A stretch of 64,000 nt of DNA from Prevotella sp. (GTDB taxonomy: Bacteria > Bacteroidota > Bacteroidia > Bacteroidales > Dysgonomonadaceae). The notes under the pieces are model-generated. The model saw only the letters and a program-made list of their open reading frames with translations. It was not told the origin of the DNA and ran no database searches. Numbering within the stretch: the first letter of the stretch is position 1; every line of letters begins with the position of its first letter. The translations under genes were made by a program, and so were the position numbers. Positions 47,201 through 57,327 of this stretch are shown here, in pieces. The stretch lies in the NCBI GenBank assembly GCA_031285625.1, contig JAITVV010000073.1:32001-96000 (forward strand), given 5' to 3'.

Positions 47201-48667
47201 TCCATTTGAACACAAGTAACCTTTTTGTGTAAGAGATTGATCATAAACAAAGATTTTACCTCCCTTTGTTGACACCCAGAGATTCCTGTTACTGTCTTCG
47301 AAAATACTGCGTATATCATTATTAATTGTGGAATGGATATTGGGATCTACAGTTATTGATTTATAAACATCATTACTAAAAATAACCTTGTCAAGTCCAT
47401 GCGACCGGGTACTCATCCAGAGATTTCCCTGCCTGTCGGAAAAAGCCGTATGCATCATATTCGAGAAACGCCAATCGGGAGAAGACGGCTCATTAAAAAA
47501 CGGCACTAATGCATCTTTCTCTGTATTATACCAGGCAAATCCACCACCGCGCAGATGTACCCACAAACGGTTATCCTTATCCTCGAAAATGAAAAAGTTA
47601 GAAGGGAACACATTAGATACTGCACTTTCGGTTTTTAATTCAAAGTGTCTGAATATCTTAGTCACCGGACTAAATTTTGCTACACCTGCGTAATCCGTCT
47701 CAAACCATACATTTTTTGATTTATCTATATAGCAGGAAAGAATGCTATTAGTCCGCATACCGGATGTATTAGACATATCATACTTCACAAAACTTTTCAA
47801 TGATTGATCATAAGTATAAAAGCCATTGTCGCGTGTTGCTATCAATAGCTGATTATTATCAATATTACCTATATATCTAATCTCTGATTTTGAATCGACC
47901 TGTAGTAATTCCGAATCACCATTTTTCTTATTATAAATCCATATCCTGCCATTACTTGATCCGAACCAGATTTTATCATCGAGTTCCATCACTGAATAAA
48001 AATCCTGAGCAGAGTTTATTTCTACATATGATTTTTCAGTAAAAAAGCTATTTATCTTCCCATCAGAAGATATCAGGTATAATCCGTTATTTGTTAACAG
48101 CCATGAATTTAACTCTCTATCCTCATATACGGCATGTATGGTATTTGCATTGATCCTGTTATTTTCTTTATTATATATCTCAATATTAAATGTAGAATCA
48201 GTTACACAGACACACCCCATATTGTCAGACAAAAGCCATACTTTACCTGAAGGAGCAGTAACTATTTTCGAAGCTATAAAAGTAAGATTCTCATGCCCCT
48301 TTACAGAGCGTATTCCCATAAACTCTTCCTTTTGGGGGTCAAATCGGTGCGGCTCCCTGTCATAGGGTAATGTCCAGATATAGCCATACTTATCTTCACT
48401 TATAAAGTCTATACGGTTACTCCGCATATGATATTTATCCCCCTGCTGTATCTTATATGTATAGAAGTTATATCCATCGAAGCGGCAAAGGCCATTCCAT
48501 GTAGAAAACCACATAAATCCTTTCCGGTCTTGTACAATACTCATTATAGTATGCTGGGGCAATCCATCTTCAGGACCATAATGTTCAAAAAAGCATTTTT
48601 GCTGACAAAATGTAGGTAATCCAGCAATGCCAAGTATAAAAACAAGAATGGTTAGTTTCAATTTCAT
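44240..48667 (-). CDS. Hybrid two-component system of the pectin PUL
   Basis: Beta-propeller repeats, Y_Y_Y, TM, HEIRTPLT, NLLSNAFKY, receiver LVVEDD..SDIMMP, AraC HTH; divergent from susC; -7 box at 48686-48693. Confidence 0.96.
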   Translation of the reverse strand: MKLKLTILVFILGIAGLPTFCQQKCFFEHYGPEDGLPQHTIMSIVQDRKGFMWFSTWNGLCRFDGYNFYTYKIQQGDKYHMRSNRIDFISEDKYGYIWTLPYDREPHRFDPQKEEFMGIRSVKGHENLTFIASKIVTAPSGKVWLLSDNMGCVCVTDSTFNIEIYNKENNRINANTIHAVYEDRELNSWLLTNNGLYLISSDGKINSFFTEKSYVEINSAQDFYSVMELDDKIWFGSSNGRIWIYNKKNGDSELLQVDSKSEIRYIGNIDNNQLLIATRDNGFYTYDQSLKSFVKYDMSNTSGMRTNSILSCYIDKSKNVWFETDYAGVAKFSPVTKIFRHFELKTESAVSNVFPSNFFIFEDKDNRLWVHLRGGGFAWYNTEKDALVPFFNEPSSPDWRFSNMMHTAFSDRQGNLWMSTRSHGLDKVIFSNDVYKSITVDPNIHSTINNDIRSIFEDSNRNLWVSTKGGKIFVYDQSLTQKGYLCSNGRIEFGNPLEGITYCIIEDSNKNIWLGTKGEGVYKLTPSGNSYSIKHYRHSPDNLYSLSNNSVYAIFEDNKKRIWVGTYGGGLNLLDEKEERFINYRNNLKNYPAQYGSQIRTILSDKFGNICVGTTLGLIMFSPNFTSVNDIDYKFYTRIPEDNESLSENDVYDICTTKKGETYIATFGGGVNKIEAVDNMGFPTKFISYTIKDGLPLDVVLTIVEDKDGKLWITTEGNVTKFDPETKSFETYSEINRLIDRQNFSEGARCTTQSGIVYIGYSKGVLSIDPESIGRYDKNLFKPYLALTKFQIANKDVPIGGDSPLKENIDDQNYIKLNHKQNFINIEFVALDYIEPKRITYAYKLEGFEEDWIITKKQRIANYTNLSPGKYTFRVKSTNSDGIWMDNEHTLTIEITPSFWQTGWSYLLYFIIVGAILYIILRTLFVFYRLRDKVKLEHEQTEMKTRFFTDISHEIRTPLTMIVSPVENIIDNEHTPGDIKSQLQLVLKNASRMQRMVNQILDFRKIQKQKLNIQETQIGEYVSEICNNFSKIAEFQNINLKFNDRTDGEKIWIDRDSVEKLVFNLLSNAFKYTSVEKTIEVSVNKNSKDRTVAIEVKDEGRGMSKEILSKLFTRFASFNKDKSKPSTGIGLSIVKEVADKHHAKIAVDSEVNEGSVFTVLFPMGIDHFKEDENIIFVYTDTVKEEGSKESIETIEEVSESETIKSTDDNRDQETILVVEDDSDLRRFIVTILSPHYNVLDAENGKQGYEVAVKAIPDFILSDIMMPELDGVGLLQKIRSNSDTSHIPFILLTAKTDMESRLDSLEYGADDYITKPFSVKYLKARIDNIIRQRKRLYDTYGAVQKPVGAKPVQIEKDAEPGLRITPQDELFIKKIKEEIENNIDNSDFVVDDLAAATAMSRTVFFKKLKSLTGFSPIEFIRDVKIKYAAALLKTQQYTVKEVSYMIGISDTKYFTQIFKSIVGMTPSEYKNKSKEL

Positions 48668-48719
48668 AGCAGATCAGGTTTGATACAAATATAATTAGTT
48701 TTGAGGAAAATATCGTATA

Positions 48720-48788
48720 AAGTCAATTTGTCCCCCTCAAAAAAAATATTTTAACCCCCATTATTTCAGAAAATCGTACATAAATTGC
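48720..48788 (+). promoter_or_regulatory. susC promoter with candidate HTCS direct repeats
   Basis: AATTTGTCCCCC (48725) and ATTTTAACCCCC (48748) upstream of a degenerate -7 element (ATAAATTG). Confidence 0.55.
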
Positions 48789-48844
48789 ACCCGAAATCTA
48801 TTAACCGTGAAAATATAAGCCTTCTTATAATACCAATATTTATA

Positions 48845-48870
48845 GAATAAGGAATAAGGAATAAGGAATA
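48845..48870. repeat. Tandem repeat, 7-bp unit GAATAAG, about 3.7 copies, in the susC leader
   Basis: gaataag gaataag gaataag gaata. Confidence 0.9.
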
Positions 48871-48918
48871 CTGAATTCACAAACACATTAAAAAAAATTA
48901 ATATTTAAATCTACAACC

Positions 48919-51900
48919 ATGCAAAAGACAATCAAAAAATTTTTGTCCTTGATTTGTATCTCGTTGTTTCTCTTATGTGGGCAAAATGTATACGCTCAAC
49001 AGAAAGAAATAAAGGGCACAGTGACCGACTCCCAAGGAGAACCCCTGATTGGCGTTACTATCGCTGTAAAGGGTACAACCAAAGCCACCATGACAGATAT
49101 GGATGGTACTTATACACTTTCGGTAGGAAACGATGCAAAAACATTAATTGCAACTTTCGTAGGAATGAGACCAAATGAAAAGGCTATAGCAGGAACTGTT
49201 ATAGATTTCACAATGGAAGATCTTAGTTCCGAATTAGAAGAAGTTGTAGTTATCGGTTATGGAACAGTAAAAAGGAAAGACCTGACAGGATCGGTTTCTT
49301 CTGTTAATGCTGATGCAATTGCTGCAGTACCAGTAGCTAACGTTACAGAAGCTATTACCGGTAAACTGGCCGGGGTACAGATTACAACCACAGAAGGTTC
49401 ACCTGATGCTGAAATGAAAGTACGTGTACGTGGTGGAGGTTCCATTACAGGAGATAATACTCCATTATTTATAGTTGACGGTTTTCCGGTGCAATCAATT
49501 AGTGATATAGCACCTTCAGATATAGAATCGATAGATGTATTGAAAGATGCGTCTTCTACGGCAATTTATGGTTCCCGTGGTGCAAATGGTGTAGTCCTTG
49601 TTACTACAAAATCGGGTAAAGAAGGTAAGATAAGCGTAAACTACAATGCTTACTATAGCTGGAAAAAAATAGCCAAAACATTGGATGTTCTTTCTCCAAA
49701 GGATTACGCATCCTGGCAATATGAACTGGCAATGTTAAATGATGATATCAAATCGTATACAGATTTCTTCGGAAATTATCAGGATATAGACTTGTATGAT
49801 AATGTTCGGTCCAACGACTGGCAAGACCTCACATTCGGGCGTACAGGACATACATTCAATCACAACCTGAGTATTACAGGCGGAAATGACAAGATACGCT
49901 ATGCATTTAGTTATTCACATATGAATGACAAAGCGATTATGGTTGGCTCAAGTTTTAAACGTGATAATTTCAGTTTGAAGCTTAATACAAATCCGGCAAA
50001 GAATGTTTCTGTCGACCTGTCTGTCCGTTATTCCGACACTGATATTAATGGTGGCGGTGCTAATGATGTAGATAGCAATTATGATTCTGACAAACGTTTA
50101 AAATATTCTGTAATTTATACTCCGTTCCCATTAGCTAACCTTACATCGGAAGCAGGTAGCTCTGATGACGATCTTGGAAACCTTTTCCATCCGTTGACAG
50201 CAATATCCGACAATGACCGTAAACAAACGCGCAAAACATTAAATATGTCAGGAAGCGTAGGTTGGGAAGTTTTTGATAATTTCCGCCTTAGAGCCGAAAT
50301 GGGCTTGGATGACTACAGGAATAATGATAATCGCTATTGGGGATTGACTACTTATTATATCAAAAATGTTCCATCTTCGACAAACCAGGGACATCCGGCA
50401 ATCCAGTTAAAAAATACCTCACGCCAAACATTCCGTAGTACAAATACTGTAAATTATGACTTTAAAAAACTGTTAGGAAACGACCATCACCTTAATTTAA
50501 TGGGAGGTCATGAGTATGTTATTACGAAAGAAAATATCCAGACAAATGTTGTACATGGATTTCCAAAAACATTTACTGCCGAAGAAGCATGGAAATACTC
50601 AACAGAAGGTAAAGCAAACTCTATAGATAATCATTATAATCCGGATAACAGACTATTATCTTATTTTGGCCGTATAAATTATGACTACCAAAGCAGATAT
50701 CTATTTAGTGCTACTTTCCGTGCCGATGGTTCTTCTAAATTTGGAGACGGAAATAAATGGGGATATTTCCCATCCGCAGCTCTTGCATGGCGTATTTCTT
50801 CCGAATCTTTTATGGCAGGAACAAAGAGTTGGTTAGATGACCTCAAACTACGCTTAAGCTATGGTACTGCCGGTAATAATAACATTCCTTCAGGACAGAT
50901 AACACAAATGTACGAATCAAAAACTACCGAATGGATAAACGGATTTGGTAACTATTGGGCTCCATCAAAATATATGGCTAACCCAGACCTGAAATGGGAA
51001 ACTACAGTTACCCGTAATCTTGGTCTAGACTTTACATTCCTTGGTGGCAGGTTAAGCGGTACAGTCGAAGGATACATCAATACTACAAAAGATTTGCTTA
51101 TCGAATTCCCGGTACCCGGATCGGGCTATGACTACCAATACAGAAACATGGGTAAAACTCAAAACACAGGTTTTGAGGCTTCTCTTAACTGGGTAGCAAT
51201 TGATAAGAAAGATTATGGATTAAGCTTAAGTGCAAATATAGGGTTTAATAAAAATAAGATTAAATCGCTTGGAACAATGGAAGACTTCGGAGCATCTACA
51301 TCGTGGGCATCTACCGAAATCGGATATGATTACTGGATTGCTACCGGAGGGTCTGTAGGACAGATATATGGATACCGTTCAGATGGCAGATATGAAGTAA
51401 GTGACTTTACAGGCTACAATGAATCAACTAAAAAATGGGAAGTAGATAAATCTGTGGCACCGGACGCATCAGGAGCAATAGGTACAGTACGCCCGGGTTC
51501 TATGAAAATAAAGGATCTGAATGGAGACGGTATTATTGATGCAAACGACAAAGAAGTGATAGGTGATGCTAATCCAACTCACACAGGAGGATTTACAATA
51601 TCAGGAAGATTATATGGATTCGATCTATCTGCCAACTTTAACTGGAGTGTGGGTAATGATGTTTACAATGCTAACAAGGTTGAATTTACTGAAACCGGTA
51701 AATATTCATACCGAAACCTGACTACAGATATGGCAAGTGGAAACCGTTGGACAAATCTTCGTGCTGACGGTACAATCTCTAACAATGCAGATGAACTTAT
51801 AGCAATGAATGCCAATACTTCTATGTGGTCACCATGGACATCCAAAATGGTATTTACCGATTGGGCAGTAGAGGACGGATCTTTCCTTCGACTGAATACA

Positions 51901-52122
51901 TTAACCATAGGTTATACTTTACCTAAATCTTTGACGACTAAAGCGAAAATACAGAATGCCCGCTTTTATGTTACAGGTTATAACCTGTTCTGTATAACCG
52001 GTTATTCTGGCTATGATCCTGAGGTTTCAACTATGCGCAGAACGAACCTTACACCGGGCGTAGATTATTCGGCATATCCAAAAAGCCGTCAGTTTGTTGT
52101 AGGTGTTAACTTAAATTTCTAA
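48919..52122 (+). CDS. SusC-family TonB-dependent transporter
   Basis: EEVVVIGYG, DLTGSV, LKDASSTAIYGSRGANGVVLVTTK, NPDLKWETT, DLNGDG, C-terminal NLNF. Confidence 0.98.
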   Translation: MQKTIKKFLSLICISLFLLCGQNVYAQQKEIKGTVTDSQGEPLIGVTIAVKGTTKATMTDMDGTYTLSVGNDAKTLIATFVGMRPNEKAIAGTVIDFTMEDLSSELEEVVVIGYGTVKRKDLTGSVSSVNADAIAAVPVANVTEAITGKLAGVQITTTEGSPDAEMKVRVRGGGSITGDNTPLFIVDGFPVQSISDIAPSDIESIDVLKDASSTAIYGSRGANGVVLVTTKSGKEGKISVNYNAYYSWKKIAKTLDVLSPKDYASWQYELAMLNDDIKSYTDFFGNYQDIDLYDNVRSNDWQDLTFGRTGHTFNHNLSITGGNDKIRYAFSYSHMNDKAIMVGSSFKRDNFSLKLNTNPAKNVSVDLSVRYSDTDINGGGANDVDSNYDSDKRLKYSVIYTPFPLANLTSEAGSSDDDLGNLFHPLTAISDNDRKQTRKTLNMSGSVGWEVFDNFRLRAEMGLDDYRNNDNRYWGLTTYYIKNVPSSTNQGHPAIQLKNTSRQTFRSTNTVNYDFKKLLGNDHHLNLMGGHEYVITKENIQTNVVHGFPKTFTAEEAWKYSTEGKANSIDNHYNPDNRLLSYFGRINYDYQSRYLFSATFRADGSSKFGDGNKWGYFPSAALAWRISSESFMAGTKSWLDDLKLRLSYGTAGNNNIPSGQITQMYESKTTEWINGFGNYWAPSKYMANPDLKWETTVTRNLGLDFTFLGGRLSGTVEGYINTTKDLLIEFPVPGSGYDYQYRNMGKTQNTGFEASLNWVAIDKKDYGLSLSANIGFNKNKIKSLGTMEDFGASTSWASTEIGYDYWIATGGSVGQIYGYRSDGRYEVSDFTGYNESTKKWEVDKSVAPDASGAIGTVRPGSMKIKDLNGDGIIDANDKEVIGDANPTHTGGFTISGRLYGFDLSANFNWSVGNDVYNANKVEFTETGKYSYRNLTTDMASGNRWTNLRADGTISNNADELIAMNANTSMWSPWTSKMVFTDWAVEDGSFLRLNTLTIGYTLPKSLTTKAKIQNARFYVTGYNLFCITGYSGYDPEVSTMRRTNLTPGVDYSAYPKSRQFVVGVNLNF

Positions 52123-52140
52123 ATATAAAACTGGAAAACA

Positions 52141-53919
52141 ATGAAAAAATTTATATATAAATCAATCTTGGCTTTGTCTCTGGCTGGTATAATAACAGCT
52201 TGTGACCTCGAAACAGATCCAAAATCTTCGGCAGAACCTGAATCCGTTTTTAAAATATACGGACTTGCCGAAAAGGCTGTAATGGCAATACACCAATCTT
52301 TTGGTGAACAAAATTCTTACAGAGGCAGATTCCTTCCATATTATGGGATTAATTCGGATGTGGAATGGATTAATAATATGGATGCAGCTAAAATAACTAC
52401 TGATGCTAAATATCAGTTGGCTACTTACGCTCCTACTTCTACAAATACCGAAATGAATACGGATAATAACGCATGGGCAAAATTCTATGAAGGCATTGAA
52501 CGTGCAAATATGGCTATAGTTGGACTACGCACTCATGGTAATGTGGAAACAGATGCTGATATGGCTCATCTTTTAGGAGAAGCGTTGACTTTAAGAGCCG
52601 TTATTTATCTCGACTTAGTAAAAGCGTGGGGAGATGTACCAGCACGATTCGAACCGGTTACGCCTCAAACAATTTATACACCAAGATCTGACCGTGACGT
52701 GATATATAAACAAATTCTTGCAGATCTTAAAGAAGCTGAAGCTTTGGTAGCATGGCCAAACAGGTCTACTCAGACCATGACTGTAGAACGTGTAAATAAA
52801 GCTTTTGTAAAAGCCCTCAGAGCACGTATTGCATTATATGCCGGAGGATACAGCCAGCGTAAGGACGGTGTGCGCCTGAGTACAGATCCTGAGTTAAGCA
52901 GGGCCGAAATGTATAAGATAGCCAAAGAAGAATGCCTTGACATTATAAATAATGGTTCAAACAAATTGGGTTCTTTCGAACAAAATTTCAGACGGCTTTG
53001 TGAAGACCTTGTAGAAGCCGGAGAAGAATCAATCTGGGAAATTCCTTTCGCAGACGGACGCGGACGTGTACTTTACACATTCGGTGTACAACATCAGGCA
53101 GCAGACCAATATACAGGACAAGCAAAAGGTGGTGTAAACGGGCCGTTACCTTATCTTTTCTATGATTATGATTTGGAAGATGTACGTCGCGATATTACAT
53201 GTGTTCCTTATGAATGGTCAAAAGAAAGTATAAGCAGGCAACAACTTCGTTCTCTTAAAACATGGTGTTTTGGTAAACTTCGTTACGAATGGATGAAACG
53301 TAAAGTAACTTCAACAAATGACGATGGTGTAAACTGGCAGTATATGCGTTTAGCCGATGTATATCTGATGGCTGCTGAAGCTATCAATGAACTGGAAGGA
53401 CCAAACAATGCCGCACAATATATGAAACCAATCTTAGATCGCGCTCTTCCTGCTGCTAAAGCAGATGCATATATGTCAAAAGCAACGGCAAGCAAGGATG
53501 CATTCTTTAATGCGATTGTAGAACAACGTGCATTCGAATTTGCCGGAGAATCTCTACGTAGGGCTGACCTTATCCGTTGGAATCTATTAAAGACCAAACT
53601 GGATGAAGCTAAAGCAAAGATGACGCAATTGGCAAGACGCGAAGGAGCTTACAAAAACCTTCCTGAAAAGCTATATTATAAGACAGATGTTGATAACGAA
53701 ACATTGCTTATCTATGGTCTTAATCATGGCGAAACTGACGAACAAGGGCAAAAACTGATAGATGAAGAAGGATACCTGAGTGATACATGGATCAATACTG
53801 ATAAGCTTACTGATGCACTTATCAACGCGCTGTATCAGAAAGATCCGAACCAAAACCAATACTGGCCTATCTGGCAAACCTTTATCGACAGTAGTAACGG
53901 CACATTAACAAATGATTAA
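52141..53919 (+). CDS. SusD-family lipoprotein
   Basis: Lipobox ITAC; GEALTLRA..WGDVP; MRLADVYLMAAEA; EFAGESLRRADLIRW. Confidence 0.96.
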   Translation: MKKFIYKSILALSLAGIITACDLETDPKSSAEPESVFKIYGLAEKAVMAIHQSFGEQNSYRGRFLPYYGINSDVEWINNMDAAKITTDAKYQLATYAPTSTNTEMNTDNNAWAKFYEGIERANMAIVGLRTHGNVETDADMAHLLGEALTLRAVIYLDLVKAWGDVPARFEPVTPQTIYTPRSDRDVIYKQILADLKEAEALVAWPNRSTQTMTVERVNKAFVKALRARIALYAGGYSQRKDGVRLSTDPELSRAEMYKIAKEECLDIINNGSNKLGSFEQNFRRLCEDLVEAGEESIWEIPFADGRGRVLYTFGVQHQAADQYTGQAKGGVNGPLPYLFYDYDLEDVRRDITCVPYEWSKESISRQQLRSLKTWCFGKLRYEWMKRKVTSTNDDGVNWQYMRLADVYLMAAEAINELEGPNNAAQYMKPILDRALPAAKADAYMSKATASKDAFFNAIVEQRAFEFAGESLRRADLIRWNLLKTKLDEAKAKMTQLARREGAYKNLPEKLYYKTDVDNETLLIYGLNHGETDEQGQKLIDEEGYLSDTWINTDKLTDALINALYQKDPNQNQYWPIWQTFIDSSNGTLTND

Positions 53920-53945
53920 TTACCACTATTTATAAAAAACGAATC

Positions 53946-55520
53946 ATGAATAAATTGAAAAATATATTATATATACTGGGATTATCCATAGCAATGATTT
54001 TCACTGGTTGCTCTGATCCTGATGATGAAGTACTAAGCATCGATTACGACCGTTTATTTTCGCCTACAGAACTTAAACTCCAGATAGCCAATCGTACAAA
54101 TGTATTAGTATTATGGAATTCGGTAAAAAAAGCTGAAAGTTACACTATTGAAGTATTTGATAATGGTGACCTTAACTTTGAAGGAACTCCGGTTATGACT
54201 TTAGATGGAATTGCAAAAAATGGAACACTTTCTGATCCTTACATAATTCAGGGATTGGAAGGTGAAACTGATTACTCTATCCGGATAAAAGCTATTAGCG
54301 CCTCAGTCTCAGACTCAAAATGGTCGAGTGAGAAAATTACAACTGCTACCGAACAAATACTGGAAGCGGTTGCAGATGCAGACCGTAAAGCAACTGAAGT
54401 AACTCTTCGCTGGCCTGCCGGTATAACAGCTACACAAATGGTATTAACAGCTTTAGACAAGAGTGGTAATCCTGTAGGAGATAATATTATCCATACTATC
54501 ACTGCACAAGAGATAACCAACGGTGCGGTTACTATAAAAGGCTTGAAAGGCTATACCTCATATACAGCTAAATTGATGAATGGAACAAAAACCAGAGGAA
54601 CTGCAACATTCAAAACACGTATAGAAGGTGCAACTGAAGTAAGTGCGGAAGAGAACCTTATCGAATTACTAGATGCCGCCAAAGATGGTGATAAATTCGC
54701 TTTATTCCCTGGAGAATATGATTTGGGTGAATATACTTTCACTAAATCTGTTTCAATAATAGGTCTTGAATCATCAGACCGTCCGGTTCTTACAGGAAAA
54801 TTCACTTGTAGCACTTCAGTCAATTCACTAGAATTCAGCTCACTGATCATTAAAGGGAAGGGAGAATTAGAAGATGCAAGTTTCTTCGATCTGGGAACTT
54901 CAGCTTCATTAAATTCATTAACAATATCTGACTGTGAAATAAGTAATTATAAGAACCAGTTAATATCCAGCAGCGGTTCTGGTGTAATGGGCGACTTGGT
55001 CATATCAAATTGCATTATCCACGATATCGAAGGTAGCGGTGGCGATGGTATCGATTTCCGAGGAGGTACATTAGGCTCATTGAAAGTAGAAAATACTACA
55101 TTCTACAATGCCTTCCGTACATTCCTGCGTATGCAGGCCAAAGCCGGTCCTATCTCATTTACCAATTGTACATTCTATAAAGTGTCGAATTATGACAATG
55201 GTAATAATCACGGTCTGTTCAGAATTTCTAACGGAGATACATTCCAAGTTAAAAATTGCTTATTCGTTGAAACCGGAAATGCAACAACCACGGTGGCTAC
55301 AGCTGGTAACTTCTGTCGTCAGGCATCTAATATGAAGGCTACAGCTTCTTATGCATCCAACATATATTACAGTTGTTATCAACTATGGGCAGGTCTGTAT
55401 ACCAATCCAACCGAATGTGCTGCAAATGAGGCAGACCCTCAATTCAAAGATCCGGCTAAAGGAGATTTTACAGTGCAAAATATCGTTGTAAATGCAGGTG
55501 ACCCTCGTTGGTTAGAATAA
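53946..55520 (+). CDS. Surface glycan-binding-type lipoprotein (Fn3 domains plus beta-helix; DUF4957/DUF5123-like)
   Basis: Lipobox FTGC-SDPDD; RLFSP; Fn3 LEGETDYSIRIKA; beta-helix repeats (NCIIHD, NTTFYN, NCTFYK); GDPRW end. Confidence 0.85.
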   Translation: MNKLKNILYILGLSIAMIFTGCSDPDDEVLSIDYDRLFSPTELKLQIANRTNVLVLWNSVKKAESYTIEVFDNGDLNFEGTPVMTLDGIAKNGTLSDPYIIQGLEGETDYSIRIKAISASVSDSKWSSEKITTATEQILEAVADADRKATEVTLRWPAGITATQMVLTALDKSGNPVGDNIIHTITAQEITNGAVTIKGLKGYTSYTAKLMNGTKTRGTATFKTRIEGATEVSAEENLIELLDAAKDGDKFALFPGEYDLGEYTFTKSVSIIGLESSDRPVLTGKFTCSTSVNSLEFSSLIIKGKGELEDASFFDLGTSASLNSLTISDCEISNYKNQLISSSGSGVMGDLVISNCIIHDIEGSGGDGIDFRGGTLGSLKVENTTFYNAFRTFLRMQAKAGPISFTNCTFYKVSNYDNGNNHGLFRISNGDTFQVKNCLFVETGNATTTVATAGNFCRQASNMKATASYASNIYYSCYQLWAGLYTNPTECAANEADPQFKDPAKGDFTVQNIVVNAGDPRWLE

Positions 55521-55529
55521 ATATAAATC

Positions 55530-55564
55530 ACTGTTACAGGATTGTTTAATCCTGTAACAGTTTT
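55530..55564 (+). terminator. Terminator or stabilising hairpin after the susC-susD-lipoprotein block
   Basis: ACTGTTACAGGATT-GTTT-AATCCTGTAACAGT-TTT. Confidence 0.8.
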
Positions 55565-55654
55565 GAAAACAGAAAAACTTCTTGATAACTATTTCTGGGT
55601 ATTTCATTACTCAGTAAGGTATTCTGCAATGAAGCCTTTAAAAATTAAGACTCA

Positions 55655-57286
55655 ATGAAAAGAAACAAAATAATTCAGTTTTTTATAGTATCGCTTCTTG
55701 TGTGCTTCGCACAATTTAGCTATGCTCAAAAAAATGAATACAAATACGAATGCCTGTATAAAGATTTACCTTTTCAGATGCCTCACATTCAACGCCCTGT
55801 TTTTCCGGGCAATCAAATTTCAATAGCTGACTACGGAGGAATATCTGATGGAATAACCCTAAACACAGAAGCTTTTGAAAAAGCGATGAATGCTCTATCT
55901 GTAAAAGGCGGAGGGACACTCATTGTGCCAAGTGGTGTCTGGTATACCGGACCGATTGTCTTCAAATCAAATATCAACCTACATCTCGAAAAAGGAGCAT
56001 TGATACTATTCTCTGCCAATTTCGATTTATACCCATTGGTTAACACTGTATTCGAAGGTTTGGATACACGCCGTTGCCAGTCTCCTATATCAGGACGTAA
56101 TCTGGAAAATATAGCTATTACGGGAGAAGGTTCGATAAATGGCTCCGGTCATGCCTGGCGTCCGCTAAAAAAAGCGAAAGTTACAGAAGCCCATTGGAAA
56201 AATGTACTAAAATCCGGAGGAGTAGTCAAAGATGGTAATTACTGGTTTCCTTCGGCGGGCTCACTCCAAGGTCTTGAAATAAGTGATATGAATGTTCCCC
56301 GCAAAAACTTAACAGAAGCTCAATGGCTGGAAATTAAAGATTTTCTCCGCCCGGTCATGGTAAGTTTTATCGAATGTAAAAATGTATTGTTGGAAGGCGT
56401 ACTGTTCGAAAATTCCCCTAGCTGGAATATTCACCCGTTAATGTGTGAAAATGTAATAATAGACAATATATATGTCCGTAACCCTGGCTATGCCCAGAAT
56501 GGCGATGGCGTCGACCTGGAGTCATGCCTTAACTCAATCATTGTAAACAGTATATTCGATGTAGGTGACGATGCTATCTGCATAAAATCGGGAAAAGATG
56601 AAGACGGACGCCGCAGAAACCGTTCCACAGTAAATGTCCTGATAGATAACTGCAAAGTATTTCAGGGACATGGGGGATTTGTTGTTGGTAGCGAAATGTC
56701 AGGAGGTGTGAAAAATATATCTGTTTCCAACTGCCAGTTTCTGGGAACAGACGTCGGCTTACGCTTCAAAAGCCGCAGAGGACGCGGTGGTGTCGTAGAA
56801 AATATTTATATTAGGGATATCAATATGTTTGATATTGCTACCGAATCATTCCTGTTCGACTTGTATTACGGAGGCAAATCAGCATCCGAATCCCTCGAAG
56901 ATGGAGATGAAACGCCTGTGGATACAATTGTTCCGGCAGTGGACGAAACTACGCCTGCTTTCAGGAATATATATGTAAAAAATCTGACTTCGCGGAATGC
57001 GCGCAGGGCTATGTTCTTTAATGGACTACCTGAGATGAATATTTCGAATATAAATGTGGAAAATGTGGTTATTACATCTGAAATTGGAGCTGAACTGGCT
57101 GAGTCGAAAGGAATCAATTTCAAGAATGTAAAAATAATACCAAAAGAGGGTCCCGCTCTTATGTTGAAAAATATAGAAGACTTTACTCTTACCGGTTTCG
57201 AATACCCTTCTTCATTAAAGGAAGTGGTGAAAATAAGCGGTAAGAATAAAAATATTAATTTACCGAAGGATTTAGTTCAAAAATAA
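55655..57286 (+). CDS. GH28 polygalacturonase
   Basis: [32 protein letters not shown] catalytic motifs. Confidence 0.95.
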   Translation: MKRNKIIQFFIVSLLVCFAQFSYAQKNEYKYECLYKDLPFQMPHIQRPVFPGNQISIADYGGISDGITLNTEAFEKAMNALSVKGGGTLIVPSGVWYTGPIVFKSNINLHLEKGALILFSANFDLYPLVNTVFEGLDTRRCQSPISGRNLENIAITGEGSINGSGHAWRPLKKAKVTEAHWKNVLKSGGVVKDGNYWFPSAGSLQGLEISDMNVPRKNLTEAQWLEIKDFLRPVMVSFIECKNVLLEGVLFENSPSWNIHPLMCENVIIDNIYVRNPGYAQNGDGVDLESCLNSIIVNSIFDVGDDAICIKSGKDEDGRRRNRSTVNVLIDNCKVFQGHGGFVVGSEMSGGVKNISVSNCQFLGTDVGLRFKSRRGRGGVVENIYIRDINMFDIATESFLFDLYYGGKSASESLEDGDETPVDTIVPAVDETTPAFRNIYVKNLTSRNARRAMFFNGLPEMNISNINVENVVITSEIGAELAESKGINFKNVKIIPKEGPALMLKNIEDFTLTGFEYPSSLKEVVKISGKNKNINLPKDLVQK

Positions 57287-57327
57287 CAAGTAGGTCTGCG
57301 ACCTCAATAAGAATAAAGGTTAGGTTT

